Part shown: one piece after another, positions 35,196 through 48,483 of the stretch
Layout of the letters: every line of letters begins with the position of its first letter
Position numbering within the stretch: position 1 is the first letter of the stretch
Assembly (NCBI GenBank): GCA_047495785.1
Contig: JBLDXI010000017.1
Span: 1,922,001 to 1,986,000, forward strand
Reading direction: 5' to 3'
Origin: Lepidodermella squamata
Taxonomy: Eukaryota > Animalia > Gastrotricha
DNA length: 64,000 nt
The notes under the pieces: generated by a model
What the model saw: only the letters and a program-made list of their open reading frames with translations
Told to the model about the DNA's origin: nothing
Database searches by the model: none
Translations under genes and position numbers: made by a program

Positions 35196-35756
35196 CGCCA
35201 GGCATTTACTAGCAAATTTATGGTGGACTGAAAATATTTATTCCGGTCGACAATCCTACCCCTCCAGTTTAACCTAATGTCCTTCAGACCTTAATCGAAT
35301 TACGCTAGTAATTTTAAAATCCTGCAGTGGCGTCACCTCTCTGGCTGTCTCTTTTTAGTTGAATCTGTCAAAATTACTTTCTTTACTTTATAAGCAAACT
35401 ACGGCTCCGTTTTGAGTTTTAGGTTAATGGCGACAAGGCGCCTGACATACAGGATGATGAAATCAGCAAGTCCGTGGAATTAGAATGTACCAGGAAGTTC
35501 ATACTTGCCGAGGACCCCTTGTCCATCCGCGCGTTACTGATCAGTTTGATGCATAACCTTTTCTATTCGAAACTTAATGGAAATGCGTACAGCCGTGCGA
35601 CTTTTCGCCCGCTGATTGCGAGAGCGAAACTCGATATCACCCGGGAGTTGATGGCGGTTAAATGCACTGCGTACCTCCCGATACGTTCACTGAATATTTG
35701 ATGATAAACTGCGGATTAAAAAATCCTAACTGTCAAAATGCTATTGATAATTGACA

Positions 35757-36653
35757 ATGCACCAATCAAGAATGTTGTTCCTATATATTCTGAGCGCTAT
35801 ATCGTCATCACAGTCTCTAATAGTAGCCAAGCGGGGTACTGCTGACACTGATCATAATCATGAACCAATTCAATGGAGCCCTTGGACAAAAATGCAGCAT
35901 GCTGTACCATCTAGTAATAACAAATGGCCCAACAACTGGGAGATCACTGATTTCGAAAAGGGAAGGCACGTTGAAGTACCAGTATCCTGGGGTAGTTGGT
36001 CGAATTGGGACGGGCGAAAAGCGGCCCTTGATATCACCTGGCACAACAGTTGGGCTCCTTGGAATGCACCAGTTATATTCCCAACTGCGACTACCGCGAC
36101 GCTAAAATTGCAATCGACTACAACAACCACGGATCGATTGGAAAAATTAACCACAACTTTGACGATGAAGTCAACGGATGGTAAAAACACCAGCTCGATT
36201 CAAGCTAGGAAAATCAAGTTTTCTACATCTACTATCCAAAGTTCAGAGTATTTCACAAGTTCCGCTAGATTTAATGACATTCCATTAGCGTTCACTGAAG
36301 ATTCAAACAAGAGTTTCGTTGAAACTTTGGCATACTTTTCAAGTTTTCGCGCGGCTGATGTGAATTTGGCGCCTCAGTCTGAGAAAATCGTAGCGCCAAT
36401 ATTCGCCTACTTGATAATTGGAGTTGTTGCTGGATTGCCCTCTATAATTCACTCTGAAAACAAGAAGATGTTCTGTGCGTGGATCGCATTTTGGCCTTTC
36501 CTTGCCGTTTGCTGGCTCCTCACTTTCTTCGGTCTGGCCAAGTGGTGCATGACAGAAAGTGCCTCGAAAGGATACCACGCAGACTCCAGGTGTGACTGCT
36601 GGTTTTACAAAACATTTTGCTGCCATGAATCTGGTGAAATTGTGCCTTTGTAA
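35757..36653 (+). CDS. Orphan membrane protein: signal peptide, WxxW-rich head, Thr-rich stalk, two C-terminal hydrophobic segments, Cys-rich tail
   Basis: Single 300-aa ORF with WSPW, WGSWSNW and WAPW motifs. Confidence 0.75.
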   Translation: MHQSRMLFLYILSAISSSQSLIVAKRGTADTDHNHEPIQWSPWTKMQHAVPSSNNKWPNNWEITDFEKGRHVEVPVSWGSWSNWDGRKAALDITWHNSWAPWNAPVIFPTATTATLKLQSTTTTTDRLEKLTTTLTMKSTDGKNTSSIQARKIKFSTSTIQSSEYFTSSARFNDIPLAFTEDSNKSFVETLAYFSSFRAADVNLAPQSEKIVAPIFAYLIIGVVAGLPSIIHSENKKMFCAWIAFWPFLAVCWLLTFFGLAKWCMTESASKGYHADSRCDCWFYKTFCCHESGEIVPL

Positions 36654-36834
36654 ATAATTAAAAATCCCGGATGAGTAAAACCATATCTATTTCATTGACT
36701 ACAACGCCAAGGCATGCTTTTTCAATATTCCTCACCGTAGAATGATATTTACATCAGCACTAATATCAATAGGAAAACCGGTTAACATAGCATGTTTTTT
36801 CATCTTTTTTGGTATCATCACATCTGCCCCATTT

Positions 36835-38029
36835 TCAAGCCTTGGAGAAAACGCTTGGCGAACGAGAGCCATTATGATCGACTTGAGGACTATTAAGCGC
36901 CAGCAAAGTGTGTTTCGTATCCGTTGAGCTAAACTGGCTTGACTTTCGCTTATCTGCAGCAGCAGCCTTGTTGTTGCTATCCGATCGAACAAACGCCATG
37001 ACTATTGGGCTGAGAATCGTGCGAATGGTGATCAGGAGGCTACAAGCGAAGTAGAGTAGACTCTGCGAAGTTCGCTCATTGTATCGGTCGTAGGCGACCA
37101 CATAGAAAGTGACGACATGCAGAGGCAGCGTGCACGTAACAAACAAAGCGTGAGTCAGCCCGGCGACGAAAGCGAGGTTGATCTCACGGCGCTTCTTCTG
37201 ACGCGTGATCGATTTATCCAGAGTGCTCTGCTTCGACCCTCGACGAACAAAGAAAAAAATTACACTAAATAAAGACATGATATTAGAGCATTAAGGAGGG
37301 GGATTTGAGTTGAACTCACAAATAGTTGTAAATGTTCAACAGCACTGGAACAAGAAAGGTGATAAGGAAATAAACAATATCGGCCAAATATCGCAAGGTA
37401 GTTCGAGTGAAGATGGTGCAAACTTGGAAGGTTTCTGATCCAATCACTATGTCCAAAACCTTGGCGACTTTCAGAAAGTAGAACGGGTAGACCCATAGTG
37501 AAATGTTGACGATAGTTAGAATTACAGTTAGAATTACAATCCGTTTGATTCGAGATTCGTTCGGGTTTTTGGTGTTCCAATCGCAAACGCAGACCTTACG
37601 TTCGTATGAGATCATAGTCATAGTCCACATCGACATAGTCATGAGAGCCATCCATGAATTGAAGGTTGACTGGCAGCCGACTTCGCCAAGAGGCCAGTTC
37701 GGGAAAATTCGCGTAACGGCAGTCACAACGCCATGCATCGCGATCGCAATGTTGGAAATGCTGTAGATGGCGAGCAAAAACATAAACTCAGCCTTGACCT
37801 TGCGCCCGCGGAACGAAATGTAGTTGGCTATGTTGGCAGGTATCGAACAAAGTAGGAGCACAACTGTAATAATAGCCTCAGTGATAGCGCAGTATTGGGG
37901 TCGCTCATATTGCTGATGATACAAGAAGACGCATTTGACCGGAGATGAGCTACCATTGAAGCAGTACCAAGACTTGTTCTCCGCATTTGGTACCCCGAAG
38001 AAATCAAAGCATTTTGCAACAGATTCCAT
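36835..38029 (-). CDS. Array GPCR G4, 2 exons (intron 37265-37319)
   Basis: Cys-rich N-terminal motif, TRIFPNWPLGEVGC, SYERKVCV, CTLPLH, RTILSP. Confidence 0.88.
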
Positions 38030-38907
38030 GGCTTGGGTTTGTTTATAAAGCTCTAACAAGAATACAAGAATATTAAGTAGGAGGATCTATATCAGTTGCG
38101 GTGAAACAGGGTTAAACTCATTTTCAAGGACGGGAGTAATCAAAATTGCGGCATCTATCCTTCCTGAGCGCCTCAAGTTATTGATTGGCAAGGCTCCTAT
38201 GAATAAGCGAAGACAGCAGTCGATTGCTATGTTTCATGAATGAATACATTCTTGCTTGCATCACTGTGAAAACCTGCAATGTAACCCTCTTCTTATTTTG
38301 AAGAAACGTGGTGATATCAAATGCAAACAAAATATTTTTATTTTGAACTCCAAACGTCAGTGAAATATTACTAATATTTTTCTAGTTGTAGTAATCCCTT
38401 TCAAGTAATCATTCGCGTTGTGTATTGTATTATTTTTAATGGATTTTTGTGCGTCTCATTTCTAGTTCAACGCTGATGATGCGCTACCGGGTATACTCAA
38501 TTACATAAGACTTGTGACAAATCCCTTTTTGCCACCGGCGACTATTTTAGTAGGCAGAATGTTCGGTGTAAAAAGAAAATCGAATTTAACATCATTTCTT
38601 GACACATACTGATTCCCAGTATAGCGTTTAGTGATCGATCAACACGGAGCAATAAGAAGCTGCAAAAGAGCCTAGTTAGCTGAGACATCAGCACGACGTA
38701 AATAAACTTGATCCTAATATAATCCCCCGACCAAGCCCGGAATTACGCTGAAAAAAATGTTTCCAGAATGATCTATTCAGCATAATCCTTCAGATCCTTG
38801 AAAAGTACCGGTGCAAAATTGATGAATCATTAACTTTCAGTAAGCTTTATTGAATCAAGTTTCCGAAAGAATACGATCACGAAACAAAATGGGGTTTTGG
38901 TCATTTT

Positions 38908-40652
38908 TCAGAGGAAAACCGGCTCTGATGTCTCAACAACTACGACGGCCTGTGAGGGAGTTTCTTGATTGGTAAGAAGCGTTGTCCTGCTGGTGGCGTT
39001 CTCCGGAGAGCAGCTCGAATGAGTGCTGATGTTATCGCCAGCATTGTTCTTGTTGTTGTTATTATTTGGCAAGAGAAACGAAGAAAAGCCCCTTTTGTTA
39101 TTGAAAGTTGTGACGTTAGTTGTACTAGCAACGCTTGGATTAGCCTCTGATGATCCCGAAGAAGTTCGGCTGCAGGTCATCATGCCCGGGCCGAAGATCG
39201 TACGCATGAAAACGAGAAATGTACCGAAAAAGTACAGATTACCCTGCGAAATGTGATCTCCATAGCGATCAAAAGTTGCGATGAAGAACATGATGACGTG
39301 TAGGGGCAAAGTGCATACAACGAATACGATATTAGCGATGAACGCTACTGTGGCCAAACTGACCTCGCGTCTTCGGGCTATTCTCGCCAGCCGTTCGTTC
39401 ATCAGTGTATTTCCGGAAGGACGAGCGCGGCGCACGTAAAGCCATATCGAGAAGTAGTTGAAGATGTTTACAATCAACGGTACTAAGAAGGTGATTAAGA
39501 AGTACACCACGTCTGCTAGATATCGATGCGTTGTTTTCACGAAAATCGAACAAATCGCAACGGGTTCAGTTCCGTTTTTCACGCCGTCAATGTATACAGA
39601 AGCGACGCGAGCCACCCTCCGTACCATGAAGGGGTACGTCCATAAGCCGAGATTGACGAGTGCGAGTCCTGTTACGATCAGGATCATTCTTACAAGTCGC
39701 CGGCGGGATGATGAGAAAGTTTGGGTTGAACACACGCAGGCTCGCCGTTCGTAGCTGATTATTGTCATTGTCCAGCAACTCATGGTCATCAATACCATCC
39801 ATCTAAAACATAGTCAAAACAAGAGTTAGAGATAGATCTTCCTTCAGATAATTCAAACAAAGAATCTAGATTGATTAATTCACTTGATTTTTCTCGTTTC
39901 CTTTCCTATCCTTTCCTTTCATCTACTCCACCCTTTTCAGTGTTGCCAATCCCACCAGCTGTGATTGAGGTTATATCCAAAAAACTTCGCTAAGACGCCC
40001 AGAGCATTACATCTCATGATAAAATGAAAGCAGAAACCGTGGTTAGGTTATACAGTTAAAAGTTGATAAATTTAGGGATTAGTTTTTTGATCAATTTTTC
40101 TCGGACAGTTTGCGGGCCGAAGTCAGATTTGATCCTGTAGCTTTCTCAAATCTCCCATTTAAGGATATTAATATTCAAGGATACTAGCGACTACTTACAT
40201 TTCAAAAACAGCGGCACATCCCTGTTCACCAAAGAGCCAGTCATCATTCAGCCTATAAAAATTAAGGATTGAAGAAATTATCAACATTGAAAATTTGGCA
40301 TTTACTTGGCAAGATTGACGAATGCTCCGTGCAAAGCCATCGCTACATTACACCCGTTATAAACGCCGAGTAAGAACAGAAATTCTGGCTGAACATGCCG
40401 GCGTTTGTAGTAGTTGATAAAGTTCGTGATATTAAACGCAATTGAGCAGAAAAAAATCGCCCAGTTTAGCGCGACCTCGAGACATGCGCACAAGATCGAT
40501 CGATTGAACTGCTGGTAGTATAGAAAGAAGCATTCCTGATCAGGCCAAGCTGGGGATACGTTGTGGAACAGGTTGTCCAAGTACGAGCCTTTCAAGCAGA
40601 CCCAAGATTTGTTAACAGCTGAAGGATGGCCCAGAAAGCTGATGCACTCCAT
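38908..40652 (-). CDS. Array GPCR G5, 3 exons
   Basis: Exon 1 in ORF 40302..40652, micro-exon ~40251-40198 (LNDDWLFGEQGCAAVFE), exon 3 from ~39802; SYERRACV, CTLPLH, RTIFGP. Confidence 0.88.
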
Positions 40653-41125
40653 TGAAACAAAGCTGTCTTTATTCTATATATGAAGCAGTGCTAATGAATT
40701 TAATAAAAAATTCAAGTTCGCGTATCGCAGACTGGGCTAAAAAATTGCGTGAACGTCCCTCGAGGGAAATGCCACGAAGTGCGTATTTATAAATGACTAC
40801 GCTAATAAAGCCTGGTTATAAAAAATGAATACAATAGTATAATTTATTTACAACCGGCAATCGATTGTTATTGCCTAAAATGAAACTGATTTTAAAAGAC
40901 ATTTCTTGCTAATTAATTCTTAAGAAAATAGAGATATTTTTCTTAATACTGCGGGGTCATCTTAAGAAAAAAATTGATTTTCATGATGATGAAGTTTGCT
41001 TACAGCAAAATAACTTCTCTGTATCTTCTAATCTGGGAGGATCAAGTTAGCGTCGAAAATACATTTTTACTGCCAAGTCACTCATAATTTTATTTCCGTA
41101 AACCATACAGGAAATTAGTTTTTCT

Positions 41126-42370
41126 TCATTTTTGCTGCGATTGATCGATGTAAACTGCTGAAGTGGTTACTAATTGTTTTTTGTTTTTGCTACTACGAAT
41201 TAGACTAGGTGGCGTTGAGTTAGTAAGCTCCAGCGATTGATCCTGCTTAACCAGCCTAGCGAGCAGACTTTTCGGAGACAAATTTCGCTGTTTATCGTCG
41301 ACTGACGTCTTCAGTTTCGCAGTAGGATCGTTTGTTGTCTGGCTGCCTCGGTTCGAAGTCATCAAAAAAGGTCCGGCTATCGTGCGAATGTATAGAAGAA
41401 ATGTCCCTGCCACGTACAGTGAATTCGTCGAGATTTGGCCGTTGTACCGATCTGAAGTTGCGATGAAAAACATGACAACATGTAAGGGTAGGGTGCATAC
41501 AGCGAAAAGTAGGTTCGAACTAGCCGCGACAACCGCTAATCGCACTTCTCGCCTTTTCGCCACCTGGATAGAACGGCTCGACCCGGCGATAATGAAAGCC
41601 ACTCGACGTACGTGAAGCCAAATTTTCGCATAATTTGCGGCGTCGATGATTAGCGGAATTAAGAATGTTATTAAGAAATACACAACATCAGCCAAATATC
41701 GGAGATGGGTTTTTACGAAAACCGAACAAATTTTCACCGGATCTAGGCCATCTTTCACGCCGTGAACATAGACTGATGTCGTCCTAGCGACTTGTCGAAT
41801 AGCGAATGGGTACGTCCACATTCCTATATTGAGAAGGCCGCATAGGACTAGAACAACGATCACAATAGCGACGCGGCGTTTCGAAGTCGCGTCTGAGCAA
41901 ATGCAGGCCCGCCTTTCGAAACTGATGAGGGTCATGGTCCAGCTACTCAGCGTCATAAGAATCATGAAGCTCGCATGGATAGTTGCACAACCCCAATCGC
42001 CGAACATCCAATCGTCATTCAATTTGGCTAAGCTAGAAATTGCGCCGTGGAGGGTGATAAGGATATTGCAGCAGTTGTATACACCGATGAGGATCAGTAA
42101 CTCAGGGCGGACGTAACGTTTTTCGCGATATGTGTTGAAAACCATTCGGTTGCATAACAGCGACACGAGAAATATCAACCAGGTTAAAAAGACTTCAATG
42201 CAATTTCCAACTATCGAATTGCTGAGATTCTGGTAGTACAGGAAGAAGCACTCTTGATCAGACCAACGAGGCGATGCGTTTTGGAACATATTCTCGAGAA
42301 AATTCGCCGATAGACAAATCCATGATTTGTTGACGGCTGAAGGTGTTGCGAATAACCAGATTTTATCCAT
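41126..42370 (-). CDS. Array GPCR G6, intronless CDS
   Basis: Close paralog of G5; SFERRACI, CTLPLH, RTIAGP; likely start MDKIW. Confidence 0.88.
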   Translation of the reverse strand: MDKIWLFATPSAVNKSWICLSANFLENMFQNASPRWSDQECFFLYYQNLSNSIVGNCIEVFLTWLIFLVSLLCNRMVFNTYREKRYVRPELLILIGVYNCCNILITLHGAISSLAKLNDDWMFGDWGCATIHASFMILMTLSSWTMTLISFERRACICSDATSKRRVAIVIVVLVLCGLLNIGMWTYPFAIRQVARTTSVYVHGVKDGLDPVKICSVFVKTHLRYLADVVYFLITFLIPLIIDAANYAKIWLHVRRVAFIIAGSSRSIQVAKRREVRLAVVAASSNLLFAVCTLPLHVVMFFIATSDRYNGQISTNSLYVAGTFLLYIRTIAGPFLMTSNRGSQTTNDPTAKLKTSVDDKQRNLSPKSLLARLVKQDQSLELTNSTPPSLIRSSKNKKQLVTTSAVYIDQSQQK

Positions 42371-44888
42371 AATGCAAAACCTAGGAAATTTACAAGTGTA
42401 AATAAATATCAAACCAAACGTTGGAGAAGCTAATTTTCACTAAAAGCTATCGCCTCTGATAGACCAACTCTTTATGAAATTCTTTCATTCAAAACAGGAT
42501 GGAATCACGGACTGTACTATTTTAACGAGATTGAGAGAGCCACAGCGAAATTCCGTGGACAGATGAACGGAAATCGAGCATGGATCATTAAATTGCGCAA
42601 AACTGATTGCTAGTCTCCGCTGGAGTTAACGGTAATCATGCGAGTAAGGTAATTGGATGATTCGATTGCGAGCCTGGACAAGTGGGAAGAATATTTTTCA
42701 CGCACGTTTTTTTAGGTTTTATTTGGCGTAATATTTTATTGCGTTTGGTCTGAAACTCGTTTTTTCCATATCTCGTGCAGATTTGAAGATAATTAAGGTT
42801 GAGTGCACGCGTCTCTAAATTGGAAATTGTTAAGGTGATGCGTAATAAATATCTCACATAAAGTGGGGACATACTAAGACGCGACATCCGTTTTCACTTA
42901 ACTTCGCGAATTGTGTGTCTTCGCATCTGAGTTCGAGATTCTTTTCACCACGTATGTCACCAAAATTCAAGTATAATAATTTTATAACCAAATTGGACTT
43001 GCTGAAATCGGACTTATTTGAGAGTCGAGATTGAATCTAGGAAAAGGTGATAACAATAGGACATGCATCGCGAATGAAGAATGAATAGTGGCATATTTTT
43101 GCAAATTGGTCTGGATTCATACTTTGAAAATGGGGACCATTTGCAAAAAAACATCAGTCGATTTGTCCGTAATAATCAGGTAGAAAAATTGCACTCTCCT
43201 GAATCTCGGCGTAAATGTGGACCGCTTTTTTTTACTGCATAATGTATCTAGAAATCTGGAATGAGGTAAAAATGGGAATAAGATGTGAATAACTGTATCT
43301 CAAGAGTCAGAGAAATTAGTTTATAGTTAAAAGCAATTACCTCTGCATACTAAGCCCCTCCTTAACAAATGATGATAGTGAAAACAAGAAACAGGGATAA
43401 TACGTGGATTTGGGCATGATTAGGGCTCTTCATTTAAGCAAGACACTGAGTGACGCGAATGCAATTCTCATGGGCAATAATGCGTGTCAATGAGGGTTTG
43501 TCGGCTTAATTTGATAATTTGAAGCCAACATAAGCCAATTTTGTGACTCATTTGATCGAAAAGTGCACAAGGATTTCGCATAAGGCAATCATTTCAGCCT
43601 CTTAATTACGCGGCGCTAACTTAATTCGTAAGCTTATTTATGGAGTTTCGGCCAACTCGCATTATATTGGGGAAAACTACGTTCGCTATTAGGACAAGGA
43701 AACCATGTCTTGTCGAGAAAATGAGGAGATAGCATGGAATCTCTCGACAAAAAATGCTGAAACGTATTTCCTGAATGATTTATGATGGAATGACACACAT
43801 TTTGCGTGGTACACGGGTGTCCAAATTGTGACTACTCGCTAGCTTAAGCTCCCTAATGCAGGTGCTAGATAGAAATTTAAATTTTTAATTCCAAAACATT
43901 CGCTTTGATTTTAATGCTTAGGTATTTCACAATTTTGTGTAAGTCGGACTTTCCGTAAAACAAACAGGGCAACGCATGTCTCTACAGTCAAAGTATGTGT
44001 AACGCTAACAACCGGAAAATCAACGTCCGACGGGCTGCATATTGAATCATATAACCCCCGCGCAAACAAAGATCCAGCTCATACATCACTGGAAAATTAC
44101 CAGCCAATATAATTTCACCTCGCCATGTTCCTGAAAGCTAATTAGGAAAATTGACTACGTCATAAGTAGGGTGACAATAACTTCGAAAGATTAGTTTTTA
44201 CGCTATTTTGAGACGAAGGGGGAATGTCCGAAGACATAAAAAATACCGCAGCTGTGCATCCGTTTAATTGCAAGTCAAAAATAAATAATAAATAAAATAA
44301 AAAATAATAAAAATTGGGGCAGATAAGATAGAAATGTTAATAAATTTAAGAGGAAGAGAAAAAGTCTCAAGGTGTGCGATGCCATTAATAGAGAACTTGA
44401 AATCGTTCTTCCCTTTTTTGTTCGAAGTTAACTGGTCAGCACAGTTCAGCACATCGCGGGCATCTGAACCATGAAATTAAAATAGAAAATGGAAATACAG
44501 CAGTGACTGCACTCGATGGTAGCCAGCGTGTTGCTCATGGCAAATGTACGATGTTACTGCTTGAATGGTCATCATGTGATATTCAGGGACATGCTTTTTA
44601 TTAGCAAAAATGAAATGCAGCGTCCGGACCAAACAAATACTTATATGCGCAAAGCCAAGCAAGAGTACGCCAATAATTACAGTTTCCTTTAGCATTTCGA
44701 ATTTGCTCAGATTTTTCCAAATTATTCATTTTATTTACAAATGTTTATCACGTGCCTGACCTTGGCTCAAAAAGTGTCCGCCTTGCCTTTTCGTTCTAGT
44801 TTTCCTTTTTTTCTGATATCTATATAATGCGAAAGTCAAAGGGAATAAAAATATAGCTCTGAGATTAAAAGACAGTCTGCCAGACATT

Positions 44889-46265
44889 TCAATCTAGAGA
44901 AAACGCCGTCGCTACTTCCTTGGATTTATACATCAAGAGAGTTGGCAGCGAAGCCGCCCTAGTCCGCCTTATCAGCTGATGAATCGAGTAGTCTGAATGG
45001 CTCTTGGTCGACGAGCCGAAGTGAAATTGGGCTGATCGTCTAATGAGGCCGTACTTGCTTCTCAATATCAACATTTTCTGGCCGACCGCTGATAGACTGG
45101 CCGGGCGTAGGTAGTTGAAAATTAGGGGCGAAATGGCAGCGCGGACATATAACATTAGGGTAGATAGGAAAAACGCGGCTGATTGTAGGGTTTGAGCTTT
45201 CCTTTGATCGTAAGCGATATAGGCGACCGTAACTTGAAAGGGAACTGTGAAAACTACGAAGATGACTAAAGTTGCGCCTAGGATGATAGCTAGTTGAATT
45301 TCCCTATCCAAAGATCGCTTTCCGTTCGTCGCAATCGATTTCCGATGTACATATGCCCAAATTTGGCTATGGAATAGACATAAAACGCCCAAATAATGTT
45401 ACCTACCACAAATTGATCCTTACCAGTAGTTGTAGACGTTGAGAAGAAGGGGCACGACAAAGGCGAAAGAGAAGAAAATAGTCTCGGCAAACACTCGGCG
45501 AGATGGAATTCGAGCAGTTAGGGTACAAATGTGAATAACTCGACTTGCATTAGCTTTCATCCAACTTTCGTCAACTACCTCTTCGTAGTCGTTCCTAAAA
45601 TTCTGAAGCGGCCGAAATGTGTCACCGTTAACTGGCATAAGCCTAGCGACTCGAGAGATGAAAAACGGGTAACTCCAAAATAGAAGATTTGCAATTAGAA
45701 TTGTCGTTAATGCAACAGCTGTTCGGTAAATACGACGCTTGTCATTCCAGGTAGAGGGCCTTAGCCTCGAATTACAAATTCTTGACCGACGTTCAAAGCT
45801 GATAAGCGTCATCGACCATATGCTGAGGGTGATCAGGGTGATTGAAAGGTAAGGCAGTAATGCACAACCTACTTCGCCATACAAAAAATCATCACTTGTC
45901 CTAGAAAAAATCAAACAAATTATATTGTTGCTATTATAAGGCGTCTCTAGCAACCTTGCGTAAGTGATTACAGTTCCGAGGGACGTGAGCCCGATGTTAC
46001 AGAAGGCGTAAGTTGCGATTAGAAGCAACAGCTCGCGCTTCACCCGCCTTAGATAGAAATCCACAAAGCAAGCGACATTTGCGGGAATCGAAGCGGCACA
46101 GACTATTAGGCTGACCATCGTTTCTGCATAACCGCAGTGTTCCGATGTCCGATTCAATTGCTGAAAGTAAAGAAAGTAACAGCCGAAGCGGCGGTCTTCG
46201 TTATCAGGACATATCCAAGACTGGTTGACCGACGCTGGGTTACCCCAAAAGGCGAGACAACTCAT
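44889..46265 (-). CDS. Array GPCR G7, 3 exons
   Basis: In-frame 54-nt intron 45901-45954 and intron 45367-45423; SFERR, RAAISP. Confidence 0.85.
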
Positions 46266-46728
46266 TCAAAGTTCTGCAAAGTTATTTTGTGTATTGAGAG
46301 AGATTCATCATAAGAATTCTCTGATAAAACAAGCGGCATATTAGGAGATTCGTGTTTAACGCTACGTTTAGCACGGTGCAATGATTAGCTTACAGTTTCG
46401 CGCTCGTAAACAAGCGAAAACGGCCGCGTGATGACAGAGTGATACCATTAGCCGATCTTTGGCCCGGCAAATCGTTCGCACATTCTTTCATATAAGCAAT
46501 TTCCGCCCGTAGTGCACTGAATAACAGACAACTAGCGGCTGTTTGTTTCACTCGAATTAACCCGCGTATTTTTTTGAATTGAAAATTGTACCAGGTCAGC
46601 AAACATCAAGTTTTTTTTACGATTGAACTCCGCCTTTTACAGATACATTTTTTACATACGTAAATTAGTTAAGCTAGATTAGAAAATTTCACAGCAAAAA
46701 GGGGCCCGAAAAATCAGATTAGGAAATT

Positions 46729-46866
46729 AGCTTTGCGCAGTGGCAGTTCCATACTCAGTGAGGTGCAAACCGAGAGGTGGAAATTGCTAATTGAAAACTA
46801 CCCCAATTACCCGCTCTGAGGACCTACGGGTCCGCTGTAGCACTTTCTGGAGCCCCACAAGGGGCT
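46729..46866 (+). ncRNA. U4: U4 snRNA, copy 2
   Basis: Identical by eye to 21107-21244. Confidence 0.95.
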
Positions 46867-46958
46867 TTTGAAATTAAAAACAAACCATTGTCCAAGTTAT
46901 AGTTTAATGACCTTATTCGCTAGAAATATCATTCTTATTCACCCGATTAATCAGTTTA

Positions 46959-48483
46959 TCACATTGAGTTAGGTGTACCATTGTCCATTCGCCTACTATT
47001 TTCACACTCGTCGACAAGTGATGCCGTCTCCTCAATTTGAACTACTAACGACGATTTCCCAAATTTTCCAGACACTTCAAAATCAACAGCCGTGTTTGAG
47101 TTACTAATTGCTCCGGAAGTGTTACGGTAAAATCGCTTTCCGATCACACTAGCCACGGGTGAGTTTTGATAGTAGCCACTCAAGAAGGCATTGCTGGATT
47201 TGAAATTTGAGCTGCTGTTCATCTGTGATGACTGTTGGCTATTGACCTGACTGACAACAATCTGCAATATTGGATTGATAGTCGCGCGTAGATTTACCAA
47301 ACACGTGCAAAGAAACAAAACGGATGACTGAATCATTTTAGGCTCGCCGACTATGCGCCGCGTCAGCACGAACGCGGAAGCAACGTGTAATGGGAGGGTG
47401 CAAACAAAGAACAGCAGCAGCGTCGACGCCATTGAAAAGGCTACAACAAACCGCCGATGCTGATTGCGCTGATAAGCAGACGTTCCAGCGGAAGGTTTTA
47501 GAGCAGCTACGTTCAAGGCCTGCCAGATCGCACTATAAAATGGAAAATAAATATAAGTTAAATCCTCCTTAATAATATTGCTAACAAAACTTAAAAATCA
47601 ATAATCGTATTCAAACTTACAAGTAATTTTTGGCCATGATAATGAAAGGCACGAGAAAAGCACTGAGAAAGAAGAATGACTCAACAACTACAGGGGTCCA
47701 TAGCGAAACGCCAGCTCCATAAAAAATAACGCAAACACTGAGTTCGTTAGAAAGTGATAAATCCGTAGGAACTAAGATCGTCACCATCCTCGCAATTTGG
47801 ACATACGAGTAGACGTAGCCGACTATGAGCATAACGGTAAGAGCCGAAACTGTCACAACAGTTGAGACTGTAAGGAATCTGGTGCATCTTTCCTTTGGAT
47901 TGACAATGGATGTAGATTCATTAACTAACAACAGATGCTGTTCATTGGTGATTAGCGACATGATTAGACCAATTAGGACAGATAAAGTAATCCAACTGCT
48001 TGCAGTTGCAGTACAACCGATGCTACCGAACAGCCAATCTGACGAGAGTCTTGATACTCCTTTTATAACCCCAAGACTTGCAAGGAGGATGTTACATAAT
48101 CCTAATAGAGCGATTAGAAGCATGTGTTCGCGGTAAATTTTTCGCCGATAGAAAACTGTGATACAAGCTAAATTTGCTGCAATTGACGCTCCACAGATGA
48201 CGAAAGCAACCGTAGCTTCCATATAGGGACATAGTAAACTAGTCCGGCTGAGTTGTTGGAAGGGGAGGAAGTAATACTGATAGCTACCTAGCAACTGAGC
48301 CGCCTCGCTGAAATTCGCGTAATCGCGAGTTAGCTTGCTTCGTTCAGTCACGAAGTCAACATCGCCAAAGTTGAGAGCTGATTCGTTGAATATGAAATCA
48401 CCGTTGTCGATAGCGGAGGCTGCTGTCTGGGAGTTCGAACTAGACCACCAGTCATCGCCGGCAAATTTCAAACACGAGAACAT
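46959..48483 (-). CDS. Array GPCR G8, 2 exons (intron 47533-47620)
   Basis: 7TM; SRLSSDWLFGSIGC, NEQH at the DRY position, CTLPLH, RATINP. Confidence 0.87.

Noticed and set aside
42420-44880. Long gene-free intervals here and at 27310-29500 and 48500-51000
   Set aside because: Only short AT-rich ORFs; no recognisable RNA structure, repeat or protein motif by eye; likely regulatory spacers.
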